Shown here: positions 1 to 7,878 of the stretch, in pieces
Layout: each line of letters opens with the position of its first letter
Numbering within the stretch: position 1 is the first letter of the stretch
Notes under the pieces: generated by a model
Databases searched by the model: none
Seen by the model: only the letters and a program-made list of their open reading frames with translations
What the model was told of the DNA's origin: nothing
Program-made: the position numbers and the translations under genes
NCBI GenBank assembly: GCA_033763475.1
Contig: JANRKM010000012.1
Location: forward strand, 1 to 24,317
DNA: 24,317 nt
Source of the DNA: Kofleriaceae bacterium
GTDB taxonomy: Bacteria; Myxococcota_A; Polyangia; Haliangiales; Haliangiaceae
Reading direction: 5' to 3'

Positions 1-4
1 GCTG

Positions 5-62
5 TGTGTCCGGGTTCCCGGACGCGATGTCCGGATGCCGGCCGGACACCGGACGTTCGACC
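5..62. repeat. Copy A of a ~55-bp palindromic GTCCGG/CCGGAC-rich repeat. The 24-nt core ccggacgcgatgtccggatgccgg is identical to copy B at 6638..6692.
   Basis: Direct alignment of 5..62 with 6638..6692 gives about 85% identity. Both contain TGTCCGG-N3-CCGGAC(G) half-site pairs. Confidence 0.7.
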
Positions 63-172
63 TAGAGGCCAAGACCCGCGTCGGACACGTTTCGGACACC
101 CACCACGATGAAGCTCGCCATCGCCAAGGCATCCACAATCAACCTCGGTCAGGGTCACCGGTGGTTTCGACC

Positions 173-544
173 ATGGGCGAGAACGCGCGCGAGGCGAGAG
201 AGTCGGTCTCGGACGCCGCGCGCCGGGCGCAGGATCGAGCGGGCGAGTTCGCGCGCGGAGCCGGCGACCAGGCGCGTCGCATCCGGCGGCGCAGCAGCGA
301 CCTGTATCGCGCCAATCCGATCGCGGTCGGCACGGCGTTGCTAGCGACCGGCACGATCATCGGGCTTGCGTTGCCGCGGACGAGACTGGAAGACGACTTG
401 ATCGGCGACAAGCGTGATGATGTCGTCGACAAGGGGAAGGAGCTCGCTCACCAGGCGCTCGGCAAGGCGAGCGAGAAGGTCAAGAACCTGGGAGGCGACG
501 AAGAGAGCCAGCGCGTCACCAAGCCCGGCGACGATTTTCACTAG
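173..544 (+). CDS. Hypothetical small membrane-anchored protein. One central TM helix (IAVGTALLATGTIIGLAL) between charged, helix-forming segments. Start is uncertain: ATG 173 sits inside the track ORF 35..544.
   Basis: ORF 35..544 is in frame. The region upstream of Met173 is Arg/His-rich and looks non-coding. There is a single hydrophobic segment with a K/E/D-rich C-terminus. The palindromic repeat lies directly upstream at 5..62. Confidence 0.4.
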   Translation: MGENAREARESVSDAARRAQDRAGEFARGAGDQARRIRRRSSDLYRANPIAVGTALLATGTIIGLALPRTRLEDDLIGDKRDDVVDKGKELAHQALGKASEKVKNLGGDEESQRVTKPGDDFH

Positions 545-693
545 GACCGCGCCGCTGAGGATCTGACCGGTTAACGCAGCCACCTTGAGGTGCCGTGGCG
601 TCCCAGCGGTTGGAGTTGGATAGGCACGGCCGAGCTTCTCTCGAGCACGCGTGCCTCGACCTTGGTGTTGATGCGCGCCTCGCGCACCCTGAG

Positions 694-1080
694 TCAGCGC
701 ATCTGCACGGTCGCCGGGGCGAGCCCCGGGGCCGTCACGGTGTATGCCGCGGTCGCGGTAGGAGGCACCGGACTGGACGGGTCGGGCGCCGCGACCTTGG
801 TCGGTACGATCAGGTTGATGCCGATGCCGACAGCGCCGACGCCGCCGAGCAGATAGCCGAAATATGCGTCCCCGGCGCTACCAAACGCACAACCAACGCT
901 CTCGCACTCCGAGTCGTCCAGGAAAGCGCTGACGAGCAGGGCCGCGCCGGTCGCTACGAGCAGGCCATTCGCGACGTAGCCGCCCTTCTTGGCCTGCGGG
1001 CTGCGTCCGAAGTAGCAGCCCGTTGACGGGGCAAGGGAGGCGACGAGGGCGAGCGACGCGATGGCATGGAGTGCACGCAT
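694..1080 (-). CDS. Small lipoprotein with a glycine-zipper motif (Rick_17kDa_Anti / Gly-zipper-like; GYLLGGVGAVGIGINLI)
   Basis: N-terminal signal peptide MRALHAIASLALVASLAPSTGC with Cys at position 22 as a lipobox-like site. Strong GC3 codon bias. The GxxxG-repeat hydrophobic segment is typical of 17-kDa surface-antigen-type lipoproteins. Confidence 0.5.
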   Translation of the reverse strand: MRALHAIASLALVASLAPSTGCYFGRSPQAKKGGYVANGLLVATGAALLVSAFLDDSECESVGCAFGSAGDAYFGYLLGGVGAVGIGINLIVPTKVAAPDPSSPVPPTATAAYTVTAPGLAPATVQMR

Positions 1081-1137
1081 GCCGCGACGGGCTGCAACCG
1101 ATGGACCATCGAGGCTTCGCGGGGTTGCGCGTGAAGC

Positions 1138-2136
1138 GTGCTGCGCATGGCGCGAACTAACGGGCGATTTTCAACGCGGTGCGGAGCTCGTGGTAACCGC
1201 GAGACGCCGTTCTTGCGCGTGGAGAACAACCAGGTGACGGATCTCGTCGAGGTCGAGACGCTCGATCACGTGTTCGTGCAGCTGCGGCTGTCGTATCGCG
1301 TGGACTTCGAGGGTGACCCGCTGCGGTGGTTCAACGTCGAGAACCACGTGAAGTTCCTGTGCGACCACGTGCGCTCGGTGCTGAAGGGCAAGATCCGGAA
1401 GGTGGCGATCGAGGCGTTCTATGCGTGCTCGACCGACCGCATCCGCGATCTGATCCTCGGCGTCCCGGCGGATGGTAAGCGCCCGGGGCTGCCGTTCCCC
1501 AACGGCATGCGCATCGTCGATGTCGACGTCCTCCTCGACGAGGCGCTGCTCGACCAGAGCCAGCACGAGGTCGTGCGCTCGAACATCGCGATGTCGAACC
1601 TCGGGCGCGAGCTCGCGGTGACCAAGCAGCGCGAGGCCATCGCGCGCGAGACCGCCGAGGTGAAGGCTCTCACGGCCGTTCGCCACGACGAGCTCTCGCG
1701 CGAGCTGGCCGCGAGCGAGCTCGCCACCGTGCTCGCGAAGCTGACCAACACGTTGCGCGAGACCGACGAGCGCAAGAAGGTCGTGGAGGCGGAGCAGACG
1801 ATCGAGGTCATCAAGCTGGAGAAGCGACTCGAGCGCGTGAAGCGCGAGCGCGAGCAGGAGCTGACGTTCTTCTCGCGCGAGCAGGACAAGCGCATCGAGC
1901 TGCTGCGGGCCGAGGCCGAGACCGCCGTCCAGCGGTTCACGGCAGCGTCGGGCAACTTCAGCGAGGCGCTGCTCCAGCTCGGCCGGCACGAGACGCTGGT
2001 CAAGGTCGCGCAGGGGTGGGGTGTGCAGCGGGTGATCGAGGGCGAGTCGCTCGGCGATACGCTGTCGCGGTTGTTCAACCACACGCTGCTCAAGCCGCTC
2101 GTTGACAAGCTCACGCTTGGCGATGAGACGGACTAA
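1138..2136 (+). CDS. SPFH (band-7 / flotillin / vault-shoulder-like) domain protein with a long C-terminal coiled coil
   Basis: The segment HVRSVLKGKIRKVAIEAFYACSTDRIRDLILG...MRIVDVDVL matches the C-terminal half of SPFH domains. It is followed by about 150 aa of heptad-like E/R/K/A-rich sequence. The N-terminal beta-strands of a full SPFH domain appear to be absent. Exact start is uncertain. Confidence 0.4.
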   Translation: MLRMARTNGRFSTRCGARGNRETPFLRVENNQVTDLVEVETLDHVFVQLRLSYRVDFEGDPLRWFNVENHVKFLCDHVRSVLKGKIRKVAIEAFYACSTDRIRDLILGVPADGKRPGLPFPNGMRIVDVDVLLDEALLDQSQHEVVRSNIAMSNLGRELAVTKQREAIARETAEVKALTAVRHDELSRELAASELATVLAKLTNTLRETDERKKVVEAEQTIEVIKLEKRLERVKREREQELTFFSREQDKRIELLRAEAETAVQRFTAASGNFSEALLQLGRHETLVKVAQGWGVQRVIEGESLGDTLSRLFNHTLLKPLVDKLTLGDETD

Positions 2137-2697
2137 CGAGGAAGCTCGGCGATCGCGAACGCGACGCCGGGCACCAAGCGCGGGCGCGCCACGTCGCCAT
2201 CGCGTAGCGTGTGCATGGTGGCGTAGTCCGTGGCTGACAGGTCCGTGTAGACCTCGATCGTCATGTTCTTCACGTTGACGATCCAGTACTCGGGCACGCC
2301 CGCCTCTGCATAGATCTCGAGCTTGGTCCTGCGGTCCTTGCGGAGCGAGGAGTTGCTGACCTCGATCAGCAGGAGCACGGCGGTGGGATGCCCACGCGGA
2401 CGATCCGCAGGCACGATCACGAGGTCAGGCTCGGGCTCCGACCATTCACTGGCCGCGAACGGCAGCGCAGGCCGGACGTTCAGCGACGGCTCGATGCTCC
2501 GCACCAGACGGTTCGTCAACCACTCGACGATGTCGCCGTGGGGCTCTCCCTGCGGACTCATCGCGACGATGACTCCGCAGCAGCTCCACCTTGTCGGACT
2601 TGCCGAGGATGCCGACCTCGACCATGTGGTCGTACTCGGCGCGCGAGAGGGGTCGCATGGCCTCGACGAGCTCGGGATCAACCATCGCTGACAGCAT
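2133..2697 (-). pseudogene. Uma2-family (DUF820) putative endonuclease, interrupted by a +1 frameshift near 2575–2595
   Basis: The N-terminus MLSAMVDPELVEAMRPLSRAEYDHMVEVGILGKSDKVELLR is in the frame of ORF 2446..3315. The rest of the protein is in the frame of ORF 2133..2744: VIVAMSPQGEPHGDIVEWLTNRL...PDLVIVPAD...VLLLIEVSNSSLRKDRRTKLEIYAEAGVPEYWIVN. Together these make a complete Uma2 signature (GEL..MSP..HG; PDL...E..S.S....D...K...Y...GV.EYW.V). Removing one base at 'cggAgtc' restores the frame. Confidence 0.6.
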
Positions 2698-2767
2698 ACA
2701 GCCTCCATGCGGCCGCGTCGGGTGCGTCCTGCGTGCCCGCGCAAGCCGTGAGAACCACATGCGGGCG

Positions 2768-2849
2768 CGTCCGGAGCGTTCCGATCTCGGACGGGCTGTC
2801 CGGTAACCGGACATCTTGTGCAAGTTGGTGAGTGTCCGGCGTTCGGACA
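2768..2849. promoter_or_regulatory. Divergent intergenic region carrying two 17-bp palindromes 36 bp apart, plus a flanking CGTCCGGA/TCGGACG inverted repeat: a candidate operator pair. The palindromes are TGTCCGGtaaCCGGACA at 2797–2813 (perfect) and TGTCCGGcgtTCGGACA at 2833–2849 (one mismatch).
   Basis: The palindromes were read directly from the sequence. They lie between the Uma2 start (2697, minus strand) and the lipoprotein start (2998, plus strand). Their centres are about 3.4 helical turns apart. Confidence 0.5.
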
Positions 2850-2997
2850 ATAGTGCCGGGGCCACTGGTCGCGGCATCTCCAAAGTCGAGTGCCTTGTCC
2901 CGGTCATGGGGATTCCGGCGACATGGCCGGAAATGTCGGGGGCAAAGCAGGCCTTTGCCGGCATTGTCCCTGGCTGGCATGGTCTATCGTCCACGCG

Positions 2998-4368
2998 ATG
3001 AAGAAGCTGCTTTGTCTCGTTACGTTGATGGCGTGTAGTGACCCGAGCGAACAGCAGCCGGTCGATGCCCCCTCCGGGGATGATAGCCAGATCGTCACCG
3101 ACGGACCGACCGACCGGCCCGTTACGGTGACGGTCATGGATGAGGGCGTCGGCGTCGCGGGCGTCAGCGTCTACTTCCAGCAGCCGGACCATACGGTCTT
3201 CACGAAGGTGGTGACCAACGCTTCGGGTGTGGCGGCCACCGTGGTCGCCGGCGGTGGCGCGGTCACCGTCGTCGATCCGTTCGCCAACAACACGCTGGCC
3301 GGAGCCCCGTCGCACTCGCTCAGGACCTACCTCGGGGTGCAGCCGGGCGACGAGCTCCTCGTGGTGGGTGACGATGACGGCGAGAACGCGACCGTGACGG
3401 TGACGATCCCGGCGATCAAGGACTTCGCCTTTGCCAATCTAGAGTCGTCGTGCGGCGGCACCACCCTCGAAGCGCTCACGGGCACCCAGGTCGAGCTCTA
3501 TGGCTGCGATGGCATGGCGGACCTCGTCGTCGTCGCGTACGACGAGCTCTCCAATCCGCTCGGCTACCTCTACAAGGCCAACGTCGCGATCACCGATCAG
3601 GGCACGGTGAACCTCGGCAGCGAGACGTACACCGCCGTCCCCAATGCGTCGTTCTCATACGCGAGCATCCCGGCGGCGTTCGGGAACGTGTTTGGTACCA
3701 ACACGCTCGTCTCTCCTCGCGGCACGATCTTCGCCACGACCTCCGGGTCCTCGCTCACCGCGGGCGCGGCCTCGGTCACGAAGCGACGTCCGCTGGTGAC
3801 GTCCACGACCTCGGTGCAGCAACTGGGATTCGATTCCGCGAGCCCGACGATGTCGGCGCACACCGTGTTCCACTGGCAACCGGCCGCGGCCGCGCACGCC
3901 TTCGACGGCACCGGCAAGTTCCTGCCCGACTTCACGGCGGCACCGAGCTACACGGCGGCGACCCGGCAGGTGTCGTGGACCTCGAGTGGCGGTGTACCGC
4001 CCGACCTCACATTCGTGTCGATCGACGCGGTCCGCAACTCCGCCGAAACGATGTTCTGGCAGTGGAAGCTGATCGCGCCCTACACCGCGACGACGTTGAC
4101 CCTCCCCGCGCTGCCCACGGAGATCGCGCAGTACGTGCCGCTTGCGACTGACTCGGTCGAGCTCGTCGAGCTCGGCGCCGCGAAGCTCCCCGGCGGCTAC
4201 GCGGCGGCGCGCCCGCTGTACTTCGCCAACCTGGACGGCCCCCCGATCACCGGCACGAGCGGCACGATCTCGCTGGTCTCCTACTCCGAGCCGAACACGG
4301 TGCGCACCACGGGACCGACGAAGGTCAAGGCCGCGATCAAGGCCAAGGCCCCGCGCGCCCGTCGCTGA
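2998..4368 (+). CDS. Large S/T/G/V-rich lipoprotein (hypothetical), predicted beta-rich. Track ORF 2890..4368; the likely start is ATG 2998.
   Basis: MKKLLCLVTLMACSDPSEQQ gives a signal peptide with Cys at +13 (lipobox-like LMAC). High GC3. Low-complexity T/S/V-rich body. K/A-rich C-terminal tail KVKAAIKAKAPRARR. Confidence 0.55.
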   Translation: MKKLLCLVTLMACSDPSEQQPVDAPSGDDSQIVTDGPTDRPVTVTVMDEGVGVAGVSVYFQQPDHTVFTKVVTNASGVAATVVAGGGAVTVVDPFANNTLAGAPSHSLRTYLGVQPGDELLVVGDDDGENATVTVTIPAIKDFAFANLESSCGGTTLEALTGTQVELYGCDGMADLVVVAYDELSNPLGYLYKANVAITDQGTVNLGSETYTAVPNASFSYASIPAAFGNVFGTNTLVSPRGTIFATTSGSSLTAGAASVTKRRPLVTSTTSVQQLGFDSASPTMSAHTVFHWQPAAAAHAFDGTGKFLPDFTAAPSYTAATRQVSWTSSGGVPPDLTFVSIDAVRNSAETMFWQWKLIAPYTATTLTLPALPTEIAQYVPLATDSVELVELGAAKLPGGYAAARPLYFANLDGPPITGTSGTISLVSYSEPNTVRTTGPTKVKAAIKAKAPRARR

Positions 4369-4525
4369 GCTTTCGTCACGTTCTCATCGACCTGCGTCGC
4401 TAGGGCTGCCGCGCTTCTCGAGAAAGAACGTGCGCTGCGCCGACGGCGAAGAACATCGCAACGTCTCGAGCAAGCGGCGCTGCACCCCCGGGGGCATCGT
4501 GCGCCACCAGTTCTCGTGGGGCGAC

Positions 4526-4631
4526 GAGGGTCAGACACTACTTCCACTACTAGCTGCTACTAGCTGCGCTGGTCACGCGAGTCGCTGTCCGGTGCCGGAC
4601 AAGTAAGTAGTGAAAGTAGTGTCTGACCCTG
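4526..4631. mobile_element. 106-bp MITE-like element or structured-RNA candidate with 24–25-bp terminal inverted repeats. Left arm gagGGTCAGACACTACTTCCACTAC, right arm GTAGTGAAAGTAGTGTCTGACCctg, one internal mismatch. The 56-bp loop contains a TAGCTGC direct repeat and the TGTCCGGtgCCGGACA palindrome (4586–4601).
   Basis: The inverted repeat was read directly. The arms are AT-richer than the surrounding DNA. The element sits in the non-coding gap downstream of the 2998..4368 gene. Confidence 0.5.
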
Positions 4632-4869
4632 CAGCTCCTGCAGCTCGTCGAGCGATGCCGAGCTCGAGGAGGTCCTCCGCGTCGCCGCGCACGCGCCGCG
4701 GGTGCCAGGGCGACTCGACGCCGGCTAGGGAATCCATCTCCGTTCTATGGTCCGCGCCGAGGAACACGACGCCGCGCTGGCCTGCCTCCAAGCCCCGGGC
4801 TGCGCGTGGAGCTCACGTCGACCGAGATCATGAGGGTCGCCGCGGGCGGCGTCGTGGGACGATGGGATC

Positions 4870-5376
4870 ATGAGCGTGGGCGTACCAAGATCGCTGGCGC
4901 GCGTCGCGCTTCTCCTCTTCGCGTGTGGACCGACAGAGCGCGCGAGTACGACGACACGACCGACGAGCCCAACGCGAGGGGCTGGACAGCGCAGCGCTCG
5001 GCTCGTCATTCAGACCACGTGGCACGAGCTCGAAGCCCCGCAGACAAGAGCACTCACCTCGGAGCTCGACGACTGCTTCGGTCGCGGGTTCAACCTCCAG
5101 GCCGTGCTCGATCGACTTCCCCGCGAGGGCCGCGATACCCTGCGCACGGCCGCATGCGCAGATCTTCACGTTTCCCGCCAAACTATACTGGGTGGCCGAG
5201 ATCCAGATCCCACTCGCGCTCGCCGGTGTCGTCCCGCGCCCATCGCGCAGCAGGTAATCGCAAGATCGCTTCGTGCTGCTTTCTGTAACCAGCTGCGCCA
5301 GCGCGTCGGCCGATGCGATCAACCGATTGCGAATCCGAGCCGAGGCAGGTCCTATCGGCTCGCGCATTTGTTGTAA
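4870..5376 (+). CDS. Possible small lipoprotein (MSVGVPRSLARVALLLFACGPTE...). Weak call, and the true 3' end is uncertain.
   Basis: Signal-peptide-like N-terminus with Cys at position 19. GC3 bias is good only over the first ~90 codons. The region has reduced GC, and the antisense ORF 4828..5427 is equally open. Confidence 0.2.
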   Translation: MSVGVPRSLARVALLLFACGPTERASTTTRPTSPTRGAGQRSARLVIQTTWHELEAPQTRALTSELDDCFGRGFNLQAVLDRLPREGRDTLRTAACADLHVSRQTILGGRDPDPTRARRCRPAPIAQQVIARSLRAAFCNQLRQRVGRCDQPIANPSRGRSYRLAHLL

Positions 5377-5493
5377 CGTGGTCACTCGTCGCATGTGTGG
5401 CGCTCGTGCAACGGCAACCAATGGCACCGCAGGTCGACGGCGAGATCACAGATGCACGGGTGCCTGGTGCGTAACTTGCTCGGGCACCGATCG

Positions 5494-6465
5494 ATGAAGC
5501 GTCGCGCGAGCGGAGTGATCCTCGCAGCGTGGCTCGTCGTGGGTTGCGCGAGGCAGCACCGCTACGTGAATCGCCCCGAGCAACCCGAGGAGGCCCTCGC
5601 CGCCGTCCAGCGCGAAGCGACCGAGCGCGGCCTGAAGCGCATCGGGCACCGTGCGTCGGCAGAGATCTATGTCGTCCCCGAACAGCGTGATCCGACGGGC
5701 TCACGATCCGTTTCGAGGGACGACGCGTCGTCGTGTACCGGATGGCCGTACTTCAGTCCCGAGCGATGTCTGTTCGTCCGTGCATTCCCGGCCACCGACG
5801 GTGGAAGCGTGGTCGAGATCGCGGGTGCGAACCTGGCGATCACCGAGGAGATGTTCCCCGGGGTACCGAGCCGGCGATTTGATCCCTTCCTCGTGCCACG
5901 CAAGCCGCTCGTCACGGACCTGAACATCCGCGTCGGAGTCGGGTCGTCATCGGAGAACGGCGTGTACCTCCGGATCGAGCCCGCGTTCTCCGTCGGCTGG
6001 CGAGTGCTCGAGTGGGGCGAGCGCTCGGCCCTCACGGGCGTCCGCACGGGCCTCATTCCTGGACTCGGCGTGGGCCTCGCCATGGATGCACGCGGCACCG
6101 CCCTGCGGCCAGAGCTCCACGTCGAGCTCGACCGGCAGCGCGCAGTCGATCCCGCCCCTGGCCGCACGATCCCACTCGGGCCCCGATCCGCTGTCGGGCT
6201 CTCGATCGCGGCGCTGATCGGCCTCGACGATGACCGTGGCGCGGTCGAGATTGGTGCGGACGCCCACGTCTGGCCGTGGGGCGGTGTGTTCGCGCGGGCG
6301 GGCTACGAGCTTCGATCGAGCTCGAACACGTACTTCGTGGCCGGGGTGCAGACCGACGGCGTCGCCACGGTGGTCGCCGCGGGCGTCTCGCTGCTGATCA
6401 TCGGCATCGTGTCGCTAGGTGACGTGGAGTGGAGCATTCCGTGCAGCCGATGTGAGAACCCGTAA
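5494..6465 (+). CDS. Hypothetical lipoprotein with a hydrophobic C-terminal segment. Track ORF 5395..6465; the start was chosen at ATG 5494.
   Basis: MKRRASGVILAAWLVVGCARQ gives a textbook lipobox, LVVGC. Strong GC3. The C-terminus VATVVAAGVSLLIIGIVSLG looks like a TM or anchor segment. Confidence 0.5.
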   Translation: MKRRASGVILAAWLVVGCARQHRYVNRPEQPEEALAAVQREATERGLKRIGHRASAEIYVVPEQRDPTGSRSVSRDDASSCTGWPYFSPERCLFVRAFPATDGGSVVEIAGANLAITEEMFPGVPSRRFDPFLVPRKPLVTDLNIRVGVGSSSENGVYLRIEPAFSVGWRVLEWGERSALTGVRTGLIPGLGVGLAMDARGTALRPELHVELDRQRAVDPAPGRTIPLGPRSAVGLSIAALIGLDDDRGAVEIGADAHVWPWGGVFARAGYELRSSSNTYFVAGVQTDGVATVVAAGVSLLIIGIVSLGDVEWSIPCSRCENP

Positions 6466-6488
6466 GCCGGTTCGCGCGGGCGCAGCCG

Positions 6489-6516
6489 ACAGCGCGGTCA
6501 ATTGCGCGCTGTCGCG
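6489..6516 (+). terminator. Perfect 10-bp GC-rich hairpin (CGACAGCGCG-gtcaatt-CGCGCTGTCG), 24 nt after the stop of the 5494..6465 gene. Terminator-like, but with no U-tract.
   Basis: Inverted repeat read directly. Its position is immediately 3' of a plus-strand gene. Confidence 0.3.
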
Positions 6517-6637
6517 GGCTTGGGCTTCGATCAGGCAATGGTAATAGGCGTTGTTGGTCTCGGCATCGGGCCGGGAGGCGCGCGGTTGCGCTCGCGATGA
6601 CCCTCATGCCGATGCAATGTCTAGAGGTTGCGTCGCT

Positions 6638-6692
6638 GCGTGTCCGTGCTCCGGACGCGATGTCCGGATGCCGGACGGACAGTCCGTCGACC
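6638..6692. repeat. Copy B of the palindromic GTCCGG/CCGGAC repeat. Contains TGTCCGG-atg-CCGGACG and CGGAC-a-GTCCG. It lies in a convergent intergenic region.
   Basis: Aligns with 5..62 (24-nt identical core). It sits between the 3' ends of the 5494..6465 (+) and 6842..7384 (−) genes. Confidence 0.7.
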
Positions 6693-6841
6693 CTGCGTGG
6701 TGAGGCGGCCGAAGCACCTCGCGCAGCACGTCCAAGCTCGGCGTATGCCAGCACGCGTGAAGCGCATAAGTGAAACTATGCGCCCTTGTTGCGCATCGGT
6801 CTCTGGCGCGAGACGCCATCGGCGTGACGAAAACACTACGC

Positions 6842-7384
6842 CTACGGGCTATCCATCATCCGCAGCAGCGCCGTCGTCGTGTTCCAGTTCCGGATCGTCA
6901 TCTGCTTGTAGACGGGGAGCGCCGCCACCTTGCCCATCCGGCTCTGCGTGCGTTTCGCCTCGAGCCGCGCGTAGTACAGCACCCCGCGTCCGGGCCACAC
7001 CTGGTCGACGCCGTCCTTGCGCGGCATCATCTCGGCCACCGCAGCCCCCGAGAGCGGCGGCATCAGGAACAGCACGTCATAGCGGTACTTCGCCGCCTGC
7101 GTGCCGAACCCCTCCGGCGCCTTGTCCACGATCGTGCGCATTTCGGACAGTGACCGCACGACCAGCGTCGCCTCGTACGCGAACGTCTTGGCGAGCATGG
7201 CCGCGATCTTCGTCAGGACGACGGCTTCTTTCGCGGCCGCCGAGAACACCACGTTGCCGCTCTGGATGTACGTGCCCACGTCGGTGAAGCCCTGCTTCTC
7301 GAAGCAGGCCTTCAGGTCCGTCATCTTGATCACGTTGTTGCCGCCGACATTGATGCCGCGCAGCAAGGCCACGTACCGCACCAT
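6842..7384 (-). CDS. DUF1697 family protein
   Basis: MVRYVALLRGINVGGNNVIKMTDLKACFEKQGFTDVGTYIQSGNVVF is the canonical DUF1697 N-terminal signature. The ORF is clean, at 180 aa. Its start codon is 2 nt after the stop of the upstream gene, so the two are translationally coupled. Confidence 0.8.
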   Translation of the reverse strand: MVRYVALLRGINVGGNNVIKMTDLKACFEKQGFTDVGTYIQSGNVVFSAAAKEAVVLTKIAAMLAKTFAYEATLVVRSLSEMRTIVDKAPEGFGTQAAKYRYDVLFLMPPLSGAAVAEMMPRKDGVDQVWPGRGVLYYARLEAKRTQSRMGKVAALPVYKQMTIRNWNTTTALLRMMDSP

Positions 7385-7386
7385 CG

Positions 7387-7735
7387 TTAGCGGTTCCGCT
7401 GGTGCAAGATGATCGAGTTTCCTTCGCTATCGAGGATGATGTCGCCCAGGAAGCGCACGCCCGCTGCCTGCAGCCGCCCAGGGGTGGCATCGAGGTCGCT
7501 CACCTGCCGTTCGGCGCCGCCAGCCCGCGCGTGAAGCCGAGCAGATCCATCGTAGAAGTTGCGCGCACGCTTCGGGTCCTCGACCTCGAACATCGTGAAC
7601 GCGACCTTCTGGAACTCTGGCTTCTTGGCCTTCGCCGGCTTGGCCTTCGCTCTCGGGGTGGCCTTCTTCGCGACCGCCTTGGTTTTGGGCTTCACCGCCT
7701 TCGCCCTCGTTACCTTCATCGCCATGCGAGGGGTG
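7387..7735 (-). CDS. Fusion of a histone-H1-like K/A/P-rich N-terminal region with a short VOC (glyoxalase/bleomycin-resistance-like) module. Track ORF 7387..8232; the start was chosen at MAMKV (7735).
   Basis: MAMKVTRAKAVKPKTKAVAKKATPRAKAKPAKAKKPEF is an H1/AlgP-like tail. It is followed by FTMFEVEDPKRARNFYDG...VSDLDATPGRLQAAGVRFLGDIILDSEGNSIIL, which carries the beta1-alpha1 and C-terminal DPxGN-like motifs of VOC domains. The part of the track ORF upstream of 7735 is antisense to the CdnL-like gene and was rejected. Confidence 0.5.
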
Positions 7736-7878
7736 ATACCACTCGAGGCGTGGAGCCCTTGGTCAAACCGGTGGTCTGTGCGTGTGGAGATCGCGCATTC
7801 GCGGTGCGCATCGCGTAGCAACGTCAACGCTTCGATCGCGGTGGCGAGGATCGCCGCCACGTCCGAGATGCGATATGG

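Noticed and set aside
2446-3315. 289-aa minus-strand ORF overlapping the Uma2 start and the lipoprotein gene
   Set aside because: Arg/His-rich low-complexity translation, typical of off-frame high-GC DNA. Only its C-terminal ~45 codons (the Uma2 N-terminus) are real coding sequence.
4388-4500. Short palindromes (TCTCGAGA, CCCCCGGGGG) downstream of the 2998..4368 gene
   Set aside because: They are short, self-complementary, restriction-site-like sequences expected by chance in GC-rich DNA. There is no flanking structure or repetition elsewhere in the window.
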